A DNA stretch of 64,000 bases from the human T2T-CHM13v2.0 reference genome, Homo sapiens. The notes beneath the pieces are model-generated. The model did no database searches. It was not told where the DNA came from and was given only the letters and a program-made list of their open reading frames with translations. A program made the position numbers and the translations under genes. The DNA lies in the NCBI RefSeq assembly GCF_009914755.1, contig NC_060928.1; one strand, 5' to 3'. Shown piece after piece: positions 1 through 13,392 of this stretch; the stretch's first letter is position 1; every line of letters begins with the position of its first letter.

Positions 1-297
<297 letters not shown>

Positions 298-552
298 TCA
301 ATCTGATTGAAGAATCAAAGAAAGCAAAAAGCTAAATCCCTATTCCCCTCAAAATCATATGTTAAACAAGCATCAAGACTAAGAAAGTAAAAGAGGATAA
401 ATCTCTCAATCATGCTGGCTTTCATATTCAAACATGCCAAATTTCATACTTTATACATAGGTAGCACACACTGGCAGTGACCTGGTTTTTTGAGCAACTA
501 AAATAAACAGCATAAGGCCTTCAAACTTTGAGATTCAGCCATTGTTAGAAAT

Positions 553-745
553 TAGTTTGTCTCCTGAAAATTCACACTCTGGAATCTTAACCCCCCCCAA
601 TGTGATGGGATCAGGAGGTGGGGAATTTGGGACGTAATTAGGTCCTGAGTGCAGAGCCTTCAGGAATGGGACTAGTGCCCTTATAAGAGACACAGATCAA
701 AGTCTATGGTATTCTTATTATAGCAGCCCAATCTGACTAAGACAT
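553..745. mobile_element. MaLR LTR (MLT1A/B-like), internally deleted
   Basis: cccccaatgtgatggga...gcccttataagaga joined to tatggtatt...tatagcagccc...actaagaca. Confidence 0.7.
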
Positions 746-827
746 CCATCAAGAATGTTTTGCCTCAGATAATTATTTCTCCTCCTTATTTTTTATTACT
801 ACTTTGTACAATGATCATAATATACCA

Positions 828-1092
828 GAATAACAATAACAGCTAGCACTTATATAGCACTTACTCTATACCAAGCAGTATTATGAGAACTTTATTCTTA
901 TTCACTTAATGTATATGCCCACTAATGAGACAGCGACTACTTTAGTAGCTTTTTATGGATGAAGAAACTGAGGCACAGAGAGGTTAAGTAATTTTCCAAG
1001 GTCACAATGTAAATGGCAAAGGGGGGGAGTTTGAACTCAGGCATTTAGATTACAGAATTCATTCCCTAATCACTGTGATATACTGCCTCCCT
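828..1092 (-). mobile_element. MIR SINE
   Basis: Core gatgaagaaactgaggcacagagaggttaagtaattttccaaggtcaca. Confidence 0.85.
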
Positions 1093-1661
1093 AAATGGGG
1101 AAAAAAGCCCCCCGAAATGTTTCAAAGGCATTTTTATAACTTAATAAGACAAAAAAAGTTATTACATCCAAAAATAATTTGCCTTAATCAAAAAGACAAA
1201 AAAGTAATACTAAAAAGTATATATTTCTAGTGTTTTTTTCTCATCTATTCAATTTGGTTCTCTAAGCACACCTCTCCTCATTTCTGTAAACATTTAATTA
1301 AGAAAGCTTTTGAAACATACAAAAATAGAATGATGAACTCTCATGAATACTTAATGCTAACCACCTGCCCAAGCCAGAGTCTACTATCCTCACTCCATCT
1401 TATTTCAAAATAAATGCCCAGTATCATAATTCATCTGCAAATATTTCAGTATGTACTGAAAGATCAAGTGCTTCTAAAAAACATAACCGCAATACTGTTA
1501 TCACACCTAAAAAATAAATATTTAATACCAAATATCTAGTTAATAGTCAAATTTCCAATCATCAGTTAAACATATCTTCAAGGATTTCTTTGAATCAGGA
1601 TCCAGGTTAGCACCACATACAGTGATTGGTTGATCTGTTTCTTAAATTTCTCAATCAATAT

Positions 1662-1879
1662 TAGCGGTTCTCAATCAAGGTGATTTTGCCTCTCAGGGAC
1701 AACGGACAATTTCTGAAGACATATTTGATTTTGTCACAACTACAGTGGTGCTACTGGAATCTAATGAGTAGAGGCCAGGTAAGCTTCTACTTACAGGGCC
1801 TTACCTACAGGACGGCCCCCACTACAACAAAGAAGTATCTAATCAAAAATGTTACTAGTGCCATGGTTGAGAAACCCTG
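1662..1879. mobile_element. MER20-like hAT MITE
   Basis: Terminal inverted repeats agcggttctcaa / ttgagaaaccctg; internal gtgctactgg..atctaatgagtagaggccagg. Confidence 0.8.
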
Positions 1880-4315
1880 ATTCCCTAGGTTTCACCTGGT
1901 TCTTTTTTATTTCTTACATTTAATTTATTGAAAACATTAAGCAGTTTGTCATAAAAATCTTCATGCAGGTGGATTTTGCTGACTACATCCCCAGGTATCA
2001 TTTGAAAGATTTCACCACACTTTATTTCTTGTAAACTGGTAGTTAAATCTAGAGACTTGATCAGATTCAGGTTTTGTATTTGCTTTTGGGTTTTTTTTTT
2101 TTTTTTTTTCTTTTTTAAGGCATGGGGTTGGCAAGACTACTTCTTGGATAGTGTTGTATTTTTCTATCAGGAGGCACATAATGCTTGGTTGTATTCTTTT
2201 TAGTTATCTGTCAGCCACTGAGCCTTGATGCCTAGATCCCAATAGCTTATCAGGGATTGCAAATGGTAGTATTTTAACTCCAACATTCCTTCTTCACTCA
2301 TTAGCTGGAATATTATTCTAATAAGAACAAACTCATCTATTATTTGATTACCTAATAGCACAGTTTATATAGAAAAGGCAGAATCAGTTGTTAAAGTGAG
2401 TTGGCTTCCTAGAATCCTCCAACAGTAACAAATTTTTGTTGTAGTAGTAGTAGTAGTAGTCTTAGAAATTCATGGATTTAGATATAATTGATACATATCA
2501 ATCTACTGAAGTTATTCTTGTTAATACTCAAGTTTCATATCCTTAGCCAGCCAGTGGTAGCATCTTCAAGTTGGAACCTGAAACATGACCCAATCTTAAT
2601 GGTTTCTGATTAGTAGTTTGCTATCGATTCCAAGCTCAGTTTCAGGCCTAGAATCAGGCATTCCTCCAAGGAACTGGTTCTTTTAAGTAGGTTGCTGTCA
2701 CCTTTTTGTTTTTTTAGCTCTGAAACATTTGTCTAATTTTAAAAATATTCTCAACCATTTTTCATTGGGTTTTTTCTCTCTCCTGAAATTCTTATTATTT
2801 GTATTTAGGCATGCTTTTCTCTCTTCTCTACATTATTTAACTTTAATATTTTCTACTTTTTAATTTCTTTCTTGTCTCCTGGGAAGTTCTACAACCAGCT
2901 CTCATAATTAATATGTAAATTCTTCTGTAGTTTGATTTTAATAAACCTACTACTCTTCTCTTTTAAATATTCTCTAGCAGTGTTTGAAAGAGAGTTAATG
3001 GCCTATGCTGGTTCTCCATCTTGTCCTGTTTATTATCTTTTTCAAAAGCATATATTTGTAAGTGTGCTTCATGTTTTAAAATGTAAAAATACGAGTCTTA
3101 TTAAAAAAAACTTCAGCTTTAATTTTCATTTATTTTCATTATAAAAAGTTAAAGGTAATATATAGAAGAAATAAAATCAACTAAAATAACTACATAATCA
3201 CAGAGTAAAACATGTATTCTCTTCAAGATTTTATTTACATTTTTAAATTCTAGTTAGAAAAATAGATACTATATACAAAGAACTTTTATCTTGCATATTT
3301 GCTTAAACATTTATCCCAAGGGTCTTCATATATGGCTGTTCTTCAAAATAAAATGCTCAAACTAATTTTAATGTGCTTAGTGCAGTACCTGGAACACATA
3401 AGTTCTGTATAACTGTTTATTATATCACAGAATGGTTTATCCCATTACTAAGTCAAAATTAAAATATAACCATTTTCTTCCTGTAGCACATTGTAGTGGT
3501 TTCTAATTCTGCAATTACCATCAATGATTCAATAAATAACTACATATGTTCAGCACCCCTCACTCTGAACTTCCAAATTACTTCCCTGGGAAAAATTTCT
3601 AGAAATGAGTCACAGGTTACAGGGTATGAATACTTTTCTAATAATTTCCATTAACTCAGTAACTATAAAGTGTCATTTGGATTTAAATGTGTATTCCTTT
3701 GAATATTAGCCAGATTACACACTTTTAAACATCTGTTACTCAAATTTCCTTTTGTATAATAAAGGCATTACAGTTTAATAGGTAACTGCTATTACTTCAG
3801 TGATGATAATTCATGTTTATCCTCATTATTAGTTACTTTATTATTATACAGGGACCATCTATGCTTTTAAAATGTGTTATTTTCACTCATAATAATAACT
3901 GGAGGCCTATAACATTTTCAGTTTGAATTAATGAATATTGTTAAATTATTTTAAATCATGATTCTAACTATACTGATGTAGTAATAATCTTTGACTTTCA
4001 TATGTATCTTTTCCTTGCCTTGCCTAAATTTGCCCTTCTTTGTTAATATAAACTCAAGAGTCTTCACAATTTTTCCCTCCTTTTTGAATTTACTTTAAGT
4101 TTGTTGGCAAAGAGAATCATTCTGACTGTGATACTTTAGTAGCACAATTTCAGACTCCTGAAATGTCAGATACTGAAAGATGTTCCTTAGCTATATTTTT
4201 TAACTGCTGGTATAATGTTAAATATTCTTAAAATTTGGTGCTTTTCAAATTCTATATTCTACAATTTTCAAACTCAGACTACAAATATTTTTTATATATA
4301 TAAAATATTCCTGTT

Positions 4316-4352
4316 ATACATACACACACACACACACACACACATACACACA
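4316..4352. repeat. (CA)n microsatellite, interrupted
   Basis: Direct reading. Confidence 0.95.
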
Positions 4353-5090
4353 TATAAAACAGACCAATGTTGCAGAGGTGTATGTCTCTAAATGGGGGTG
4401 GGGGTGGAAGAAAGGAGATAAAGAGAAAGAAGGAGAAGATAGAAACTGACTCACCTTGAATCTCATTACAACTTCAGCCAGTAATATTGTTACATATAAT
4501 AGTATATTATTTAGTACTTACTGAAGCAACTAGCTCTTAGTCCTGAGTCTATGTCTAAATAGTTAAGTAGTTTTTTTATAATCTCACTCATTTTATTTAC
4601 TTTTTTCTCAGGTTACTGTTTTATTGATATATAAAAATTTTACATGGTACATGTCACATTTTAATACCTGTATGCAATGCATAATGATCAAATCAGGGTA
4701 ACTGGGATGTAAGTGATTTTTGAAGAAGTCTTTTAACCTATTTCTCTACTGCATTATCATAGAAATGTGGAATTAGATTTAATCTCTATAATCCCCCCCA
4801 GCACTAAAATTCTAATGATTTGTTTGCAAACCTATATTTAAGATGTTTTTAAGTAAAGAACATTCCTTAAATTTCTGAATCTCAAAATACAGTGCTATGC
4901 AGAGAACAGATATTGTCAAATAACTGTTGGCTGGTTGACTCTAAACAGATTTAACAAATAAAAACCTTTCTCTGTGTGGTGTAGTAATCGAATTTCATTT
5001 CTGAGAAAACAGCATTTTAATGTCTCATCAAATCCAATAAATCAGAGTTCTACCAAGAGTGAAACATAAATATATAAAAAAAGTACTCAC

Positions 5091-5245
5091 CAATATATCC
5101 TGGCCAACATGCTGCTTTCCCTTTTCTTCTTGTGGTCCTAATATCAATTTCCCAGTAGAAAAAAAGGGTGTATCCAATGTCTTGTATACCTTCAACTCAC
5201 CATGCTTAACAAAAAATTGATATGTATCTTGTGGCCTTACAAGAT
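5091..5245 (-). CDS. CENPC: CENP-C exon 17 (LVRPQDTYQFFVK...HVGQDIL; start of cupin dimerisation domain); gene continues beyond the left edge
   Basis: ctcctag|AT CTT GTA...ATA TTG|gtgagt; 155 nt, phase 1-0; the remaining C-terminal coding sequence (VFYVNFG...) was not found in 1-5090. Confidence 0.97.
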
Positions 5246-5369
5246 CTAGGAGTAAAACAGTAATACAAATATAAAACAACAGCAGTATTGGTTAATGATA
5301 TAACATATACACATATATATAATAAAGAGTCATTTCTGGATATAAATCTGCCTTAGAGAGTTGTTTCAG

Positions 5370-5600
5370 AGCATTAACTCTGGAGCTAGAATGCCAGAGG
5401 TCAAATCCTGTCTCTGTCTTAAAAGCTGCATGACCTTAGGCAAGTTACTTAAGCTCTCTCTCACTGTGCCTCAATTTCCTTTTCGATAAAATTAAATAAT
5501 AATAAGTTCATCTATTCGATATTAATGAGCTGCTGTGAATATCAACGAGTTAATGTGTGTAAACTATTTAAAATATTGTCTGGCAAAAAGTACGCACTGT
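5370..5600 (+). mobile_element. MIR SINE
   Basis: gctgcatgaccttaggcaagttacttaag...ctgtgcctcaatttcc. Confidence 0.8.
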
Positions 5601-5954
5601 TAGCACCAGCTGAATAACAAAATGGCAGTATTATAGGAACTGAGACAGAAAATAGAATTAGCTGAGATAAAAAAAAGAATTCTCTATTTTTAAAGTTTAA
5701 CATAAACCACAAATGTATCATCACCATGCCAATAGATTTTTTTTCCTGCTTGACTAATAATTTTTATTAGGTAAAGTTTGTGAGAAAGCAGAGTTCTAAT
5801 GGTTGTTCATAAATTACTACCTCACTTACAAAAATTTCCATTACTTAACAAACTTTTCCAGATCTATAATTAATAAATTATTCTGTCATCAATGTCTGAT
5901 TCTGTTTCCCAGGATATTTGGGAATGTTAGTGATCCTACAGACTACATGATATA

Positions 5955-5961
5955 GAAATAA

Positions 5962-5992
<31 letters not shown>

Positions 5993-6029
5993 TAGATATA
6001 GAAATATATATATAGAAATATATATATAG
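5955..6029. repeat. (TA)n and degenerate TATAGAAA repeat
   Basis: Direct reading. Confidence 0.9.
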
Positions 6030-6279
6030 TAGATTCAAGAAACAAATAAGAAATGAACTTTTGACAACACTCACAATAACCTGGTAGAGTACAGCAATGC
6101 TTTCAGTTAAGACACTAAACAAAACTCCATACTTCTAAGCTCTGTTACCAAATAAATAATCTGCATATAGAGATACCTTTGCTAAGGTGTTAAGATATTA
6201 AATGAAATCTATTTTCATGGTCAAAATTTTAAGTAGGAGTACCATTATTACTACCTTTCTTTTTTTAGGAATTAACTAA

Positions 6280-6471
<192 letters not shown>

Positions 6472-6551
6472 TGACCTACTTCTCCTCTGATATAGGACAA
6501 ACAGCCCTTAGTACTCAATGGTACAGTCATAACAGTTGTTAAAATATTTAA

Positions 6552-6654
<103 letters not shown>

Positions 6655-7303
6655 TGGTTGTTAAACAGTTGCGTAATCCATAAACTCCTATCCCACTATA
6701 GCCCATCCCTTGGGGATCTTACATGACCTGCTAGAGACTAAATATTTAATCCAATACAGCAGGAGGCTTCCAGGACTTTGCAGCACCAGCTTTAAGGTTA
6801 AACCTGGCATCTGTACAACTGATTGATGCCCTTGCTAGTCATCCTCACAAAGGATTCATATCCCAGGTAACATTACTGCCATCTGTAGGCCCAGAAGTTT
6901 GTCTGTGCCCTACCCACAATCCCTGCCTGGCTTCATGATAAGCGTATCCTTGAGTCTGCCAACTATCTATCTACAATTCCCCATAAACAGCCTCTGTTCC
7001 CATGTGTCCTCCTGGTCAAAGAAGGCCTAGACCCTGTTGGGGGAGACGACATTCCTGATTGTAGCACTACTTGTGCCCCAGAGGACAAGTCCGGGGTGTT
7101 AAGTGTCCCCTGGAGCTGTCTGATATCAATATTCCCCCACAGTTGTCTTCACATAGGTTGCTCGTTGGAATTAGACTCTTCTGGACTTTAGCACTGATAG
7201 AATTGGGGAGAGAAAGGGAGAGTAGACAGGCCAATCATCAAGCAAGCAATATTTTCTTACAAATTGTTTAATTAAGTATTTTCAGTATCATGCCTGATCT
7301 TAC

Positions 7304-7399
7304 CCATGAGAATAATCTCTCTTGTTTCTGGGTCCTTTACCCTCGTTGGCTGCAAAGGATCTCCAAGAGGTATACCTAGATTTACCATTAAGTTAGTCT
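7304..7399 (-). CDS. CENPC: CENP-C exon 16 (TNLMVNLGIPLGDPLQPTRVKDPETREIILM)
   Basis: ttttgcag|AG ACT AAC...CTC ATG G|gtaaga; 96 nt, phase 1-1. Confidence 0.96.
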
Positions 7400-7992
7400 C
7401 TGCAAAAGAAATACCATTGAAATACAAACTACTTACTTAAAATTATTCTCAATCCCAAAAAGTTCAGTACAAAATATAGCTATAGAGAAGTTATAAAACT
7501 GTCAAACGCAAAGAAGTCTCTTCCTATTTATAAATCACTCTGATAAACAAAAATTCAAACTTAAAAACCCATAATGATTTAATATAAAAGCAAACACCCT
7601 AAACTTCCTATTTTCTGTAAGCCTTAACATGTAAACTCTTGCATTATCAAGGTATTAAGTGATGTTTTGCATAATCTCTAAGTGAGATAGAGGTATATAA
7701 AACACTTTAGAAATGTCTATGTTAACCATAGCTTGGACATAGGAATGGTGGGTTTCATTTGACTGGGAAATTTACTCATGAAGAAATTTATAATATGCTA
7801 TTAATAATTTTTTAAGAATAAAATTAGCTTACTTTCCATTTGGAAGAAAGTAGACATTAAAAAATGAATTTTACCTATGGTATTATTTCTGAAGTTTTTG
7901 GAAGTAAATTTCATATTTTGCAAAGAGCTTCTTCTCAAAGTACTCCTATTTAAAATAAAATCTAAAAGTTACTTTCAGAAATAAGTTCATAC

Positions 7993-8121
7993 TTCTTTCA
8001 TCGTTATCAAGACAGATCCTTTTCTTATTAGATTTTTTGTTGACTTTTCCAATATTTTCTTTTGCCTTCCTTTTAGACGATATTGTGTCTGGAGATAGTA
8101 CTCCACTAATCACGAATCCTC
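7993..8121 (-). CDS. CENPC: CENP-C exon 15 (GFVISGVLSPDT...ICLDNDER)
   Basis: atttcag|GA GGA TTC...GAA AGA A|gtatga; 129 nt, phase 1-1. Confidence 0.96.
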
Positions 8122-8488
8122 CTGAAATTTAACAAAAAAAGTAAAATATACATGGGAAAGACAAAATCTTGAAACAAAACTCCTTAAATTTAATATGGCA
8201 CATTTCCTTTCAAAGTACCAAAGAATATATGTCTGCAGCTAATAGTTAAAATAACACAAATACCAACCAATTTCATTATATCTCTACCACCCTAAATCAG
8301 AGGCTGATAAAACAGGATTAGATGATGAAACATGATTAGATGGTCCTATTGCTCCCCTGAAATCAACAGTCATCAGTGGAGGCTTTTAAAAAAAAAAAAA
8401 AAAGGAGGGGGCTAGCAATGAACTATTTATAGAAATCCACATGAGTTTAGTCCTTTGACTTAGATATATCCATCAAAGAAAGAAATAT

Positions 8489-8624
8489 GGCCAGGCACAG
8501 TGGCTCACACCTGTAATCTCAGCACTTTGAGATGCCAAAGCGGGAGGACTGCTTGAGCCCATAAGATGAGACCAGCCTGGACAACATAGCAAGGCCTCAT
8601 CTCTACAAAAATAAGAAAGAAAAT
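8489..8624 (+). mobile_element. FLAM / Alu monomer
   Basis: ggccaggcacagtggctcacacctgtaat...ctctacaaaa; flanked by aagaaagaaa(a)ta duplication. Confidence 0.88.
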
Positions 8625-9007
8625 AACTCTACGATTAACACTACACTTTCTTGCCCACCCTACACTACTTTGTAGAAAACTATGAGAAAATGGAAAATGG
8701 TTAATAGGAAAAATAATGAAAACTACTTTACCTTTACCAGTTACAATTTTCTCACGTTCTAATCTAACGCTTTATATTATGCAATTGGAAATCTTGTCAG
8801 ATGATACAGGAATAACAACATTCAGCTACCAAAGAGAAAATATCAGCATCTCTACATTAATCAGACAAAAATGAATTTAAATCCTATTATCAAAATTTGG
8901 GGGGGTGATGATTAAGTAAGGTAATGTATATAAACATGTAGTGCAGTGTCTGGCACATAGTAAACAAATTTTTTATTGACAGATATTATAACATAAATAA
9001 GTTTTAC

Positions 9008-9112
9008 CTGATGGCCTTCCTTGATAATCTATTCGCTCTCCTCGCCAGTACTCCAAAGGTTTCAAACGTGTTCTCTTGGTCCTGCGAACATTTGGTGTGT
9101 TGGAGGGCAATA
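9008..9112 (-). CDS. CENPC: CENP-C exon 14 (conserved CENP-C motif LPSNTPNVRRTKRTRLKPLEYWRGERIDYQGRPS)
   Basis: ttttatag|TA TTG CCC...CCA TCA G|gtaaaa; 105 nt, phase 1-1; diagnostic CENP-C/Mif2 motif. Confidence 0.98.
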
Positions 9113-10284
9113 CTATAAAAAGATGTCAGACAAAAGTGTATACATAGTTTTTAGTTGATGGTACTTAGCAGTGGAAAGACTGTCTTTTAGAACATGAAAG
9201 CTTTATTTTTTAGAACATGAATATTTTTCTAGACAAAAGACTAGAAAAAACAAATATTTATGCTAACAATTAAAGAAAAGCCAATGGAAAAACAGGCTAC
9301 CAAATTGGCAAATATTTAAAAACCTAATAATACTCAGCGTTGACAATGTTAAATGTACACTCATCTTATCTGAACAATGCAAAGTTCTGTATACTAAATT
9401 GAGTTTGTTGGCTTATCTTCAAATTCCCATGTTCTTACCTATTTTTTGTTTGCTAAAGCTATGCTGAAGCTAACGAGAAGTTGCCTACTGCTCTTAGGCA
9501 TAATGCTCAATGTTCCCCTCTGTAAATACTGAAGCCCTGCTCAGGAACATTTTTATTTCCCTTTCCCTACTCCTGATTCATCATTTCACCCCAAGACAAG
9601 CATTAAGTATTGAGAGGTATAGCAGTCTCTCATCACATAGGCCCACAAAATACTGACAATATCTAAGTTCTGGAGTAAGGCAATGAGAGAAAGCTTCACT
9701 CCTATTGGTAATCTCTGAGTATGAGTGAAAGAGCACTCACAGCCTCAAATAAAGGGAGAAACATGGAAAGCCACCCAACATCACAGAAAGGTGGGAACTA
9801 TCATGTATCTTGACTGGCAAATATCTCTTTGGGAACCATGGATTGTTAATCTTTACATGGGCCTCTCCATGGGTTCCACAGTTCTTAGCTTTGTCTACTT
9901 ACTATCCTAGCTACTGCTTTGTTTAGGAGTCAACTGGATTAAAGTGGAAGGAGATGCTGTCAAGGAAGCCATCTACCTGGTAGTTACAGTTTCTTTGACA
10001 AAATTCTCCACCCTAGCTTCATAGCTAAGGGAGGATCATGCCCCCTACTATGGGGCAAAAAGTGAGAGGGCAATAGGATTTATAAATGGACAATAGACTA
10101 ACTCAAGTGGCTTGTGGTGACTTACTATGAAATTCATAAAAACTAAGTGCATAATTTTAATTTATCTGCCAATTAATCCACATAATCGTATTTCTCCTGC
10201 TTAAGAAGAAATAAGTTATATTTAGAAACAGAAACTTAAGGTATTTTTCTCAATGAAAATATTAAAAAAGAAAAATATTCTTAC

Positions 10285-10338
10285 CTAGTTTGTGATGGAT
10301 TCTGTTCTTTGGTATCACTTTAGATTGTTTTGAGTCAT
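10285..10338 (-). CDS. CENPC: CENP-C exon 13 (DSKQSKVIPKNRIHHKL)
   Basis: ttttgtag|AT GAC TCA...AAA CTA G|gtaaga; 54 nt, phase 1-1. Confidence 0.96.
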
Positions 10339-10546
10339 CTACAAAATGCAAAAGATAATATCGTAAGAAATGACTGCTAATTCCATGTTAAATTAAAATG
10401 TGTTTCCTGGTCAATTTCAGTATGAGTATTTTAAATAAAGTTTGACCTGATAATGTATTTTATTACTCCTTTTGCTTTTCATTGCTCAACTATAAAAACT
10501 AAGGAAAAGAACTATTTCTCTAGACTTTGCTACAATTAATACATTG

Positions 10547-10743
10547 CAAGTTTGTCCAATCCACCTTATTTTGTGGTTGTTCTGTTTTGTTTTGTTTTAG
10601 ACCTTTAGCAGCCTGAAACCATGCTTTTTAGTTTCTGTCTCTGGCGACAAGTGGAAAAGAGGGATGAGGAAGGGGTTTTATTGGACCAACCAGAAACAGA
10701 AACTAAGAACTCATGACTGTATTCGCTCCCTTGGACACCCCTG
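10547..10743. mobile_element. MER107-like hAT MITE
   Basis: Ends caagtttgtccaa / ttggacacccctg; internal inverted ttagtttctgt...acagaaactaa; about 197 bp. Confidence 0.7.
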
Positions 10744-10989
10744 GTTTTTATTCTAAACAGTGTAACAGTTAAAACAAACAAACAAACAAAAAAAACAACA
10801 GATTTTCTATTGCTCATGGAAAGATGAAATAAGCCACTTGTGGATAAAAATGTAGGGCCTGATAATGGATAATTAATATGCTATTTATGAACTATCTGTA
10901 ACTTTCTCTTTAAAGTTCTAAAATAGTGTAAGTGTACTGAATTTAGCAGTGTGCCAATAAGCTCAGGGGTTCTCAACTTTGGTAACTAG

Positions 10990-11570
10990 CATCTAAAGAT
11001 GGCTGTCATCCCTTCTTTGCCTTTCTATGCACAAATGTTCTGTATCAAGAAGCAGAGTCTCGTTCCCTTCTCCTTCAATCTCTGCTGGAGTTAGTGACTT
11101 GCTTAACTAATAGTATGCAACAGAAATGATGTTCTGGGGCTTAAAAGGCTAAGTCCTAATACAATCTACAGGTTCCATCTAGAAGTCTTGGGATCTCACT
11201 CTAGGGGAAGACAGCAACAATATGAAGATTAACACAAGACTGCCATGCTGTGAGGAAACCTCATGTGGCCACATGGAAAAGCCACATGGAGGAAAAGAGA
11301 TGCTTGGCCAACCTCAATGTCCCAGTTCTTCCAGCTGGGTCCAAACATGTAAGTGAGGAAGTTACCTCGAATGTCCAACCCATTTGAACTTTCAGATGAC
11401 TCCAGCCCCAGCAGCTTGCATTTAACTATATAAATTCATGAGTGTACTCAAGTGGCAATTACCCAACTAAGCCAAGTCAATTCATAGAACCATGAAAGAT
11501 AAATCAATCACTGTATTAAGCCTTTAAGTTTTGGGGTGGTTGGTTACGCAGCAATATACAACTGGGACAC
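10990..11570. mobile_element. MaLR LTR (MLT1F/G-like)
   Basis: gccatgctgtgaggaaacc...gccacatgga; end taagcctttaagttttggggtggttggttacgcagcaata. Confidence 0.75.
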
Positions 11571-12223
11571 AATGTCCATGAACCACCTAAAACTGCAAAT
11601 ACAATTTTGTATGAAATATATACCTTTTTTCCCTAAAAAGCGGGTCTGAGCTTTTATCATATTCTCAAATGAGTCCATGAAAGCAAACAAACAAAAATTG
11701 TTAAGAATGATTGAATTAGATATTTTATAAAATTGCTGGTTTGGAAGAAACTTCAGTGATCATAACATCTAATTTCCCTGTCAGAAACAGGCAAATCTCT
11801 AGACATCAGAAGTAGATTAGTAATTGGGTAGGCCCAGGGAAAGGAAATGAAAGTCGGCTACTAAAGGGTAAAGGGGTTTCTTTTTGGGGGTTATGAAAAG
11901 GTTCTAACATCGATTGTGTCAATGACTACATATCATTGATTTGTACACTCTAAGTGGATTAATTATATGGTATGTGAAGTCTAGCTCAATAAATCTGTGT
12001 ACCCCCCACCCCACCCCCACCCCCACCCCCAAAAATTCAATTTCCTATGCAGTCTCCCCTAGAACAAGTAGAGGTCTCATCTCTGTTGGAAATTCTCCTG
12101 TGACACTGGGCCTCGGAGGCAGTGTCAGAGTGATACAAGGAACCAAAGAAACAAGTAAATATACTGAGGATAATGGGAGTCAGGTTTCTCACTATTTGAG
12201 AAGAACTTGTAATAAATACAGGC

Positions 12224-12534
12224 GGCCAGGCGCAGTGGCTCACAACTGTAATCCCAGCACTTTGGGAGGCTGAGGCAGGTAGATCAGGAGGTCAGGAGTT
12301 CGAGACCAGCCTTACCAACATGGTGAAACCCCATCTCTACTAAAAATACAAAAATTAGCCGGGCATGGTGGCACACGCCTGTAATCTCAGCTACTCAGGA
12401 GGTTGAGGCAGGAGAATCGCTTGAACCCAGAAGGCGGAGGTTGCAGTGAGCCGAGATCACACCATTGCACTCCACTCTGGGCGACAGAGGGACACTCAGT
12501 CTTAAAAAAAAATTTAAAAATAAATAAATAAAAA
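12224..12534 (+). mobile_element. AluS, full length
   Basis: Two arms plus A tail; TSD aaatacaggc on both sides. Confidence 0.95.
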
Positions 12535-12649
12535 TACAGGCATACCTCAGAGATATTGCCAGTTCAGTTCCAGACTACTGCAGTAAAACAGATACTGCAA
12601 TAAAGAAGTCAAACAGTTTTTTAGTTTCCTGGTGAATATAAAAGTTATT

Positions 12650-12953
12650 TCTTTTGCTGTTTTGTTTTGGTTTTTTGAGACTAAGTCTCACTCTGTCACC
12701 CAGGCTGCAGTGCAGTGGTGGGATCAAGACTCACTGTGGCCTCAACTTCCTGGCAGCAAATGATCCTCCCGCCTCAGCCCGCCGAGTAGCCGGAACCAGA
12801 GATGCACACCACCACGCTCAGCTAATTTTTGTATTTTTTGTAGAAACAGGTTTCTGGCATGCTGGCCAGGCTGGTCACAAACTCCTGGGCTCAAGTGACC
12901 GGCCTCGCCTCCCAAAGTGTTGGGATTACAGGCGTGAGCCACCATGCCCAGCC
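12650..12953 (-). mobile_element. AluJ nested in Tigger1
   Basis: Reverse Alu flanked by aaaagttat duplication. Confidence 0.92.
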
Positions 12954-13072
12954 AAAAGTTATGTCTATACTATACTATAGTCTATTAAATGTGCAAGAGC
13001 ATTATGTCTAAAAAAATCAGTGTACATATACCTTAATTTAAAAATATTTTATTGCTAAAAATGCTAAAGATC

Positions 13073-13392
13073 AGCCAGGCATAGTGGCTCATGCCTGTAA
13101 TCCCAAGACTTTGGGAGGCCCAGGAGGGTGGATCACTTGAGGCCAGGAGTTTGAGACAAGCCCGACCAACATGGCGAAACCCCATCTCTACTAAAAATTA
13201 AAAAAATTAGCTGGGTGTGGTGGTGTACACCTTGTAATCCCAGCTACTCTTGGTGGCTGCGGCAAGAGAATCGCTTGAACCCAGGAGGTAAAAGGTTTCA
13301 GTGAGCCGAGATCACACCACTGCACTCCAGCCTGGGTATTAGAGCAAGCCTCTGTCTCATTCTCAAAAAATAAAAATAATAAAATATAAAAA
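13073..13392 (+). mobile_element. AluS nested in Tigger1
   Basis: Full dimer; aaaaatgct on both sides. Confidence 0.92.

Noticed and set aside
7160-7177. CENP-B-box-like ctcgttggaattagac
   Set aside because: Shares TCGTTGGAA but lacks the essential TTCG and CGGG nucleotides.
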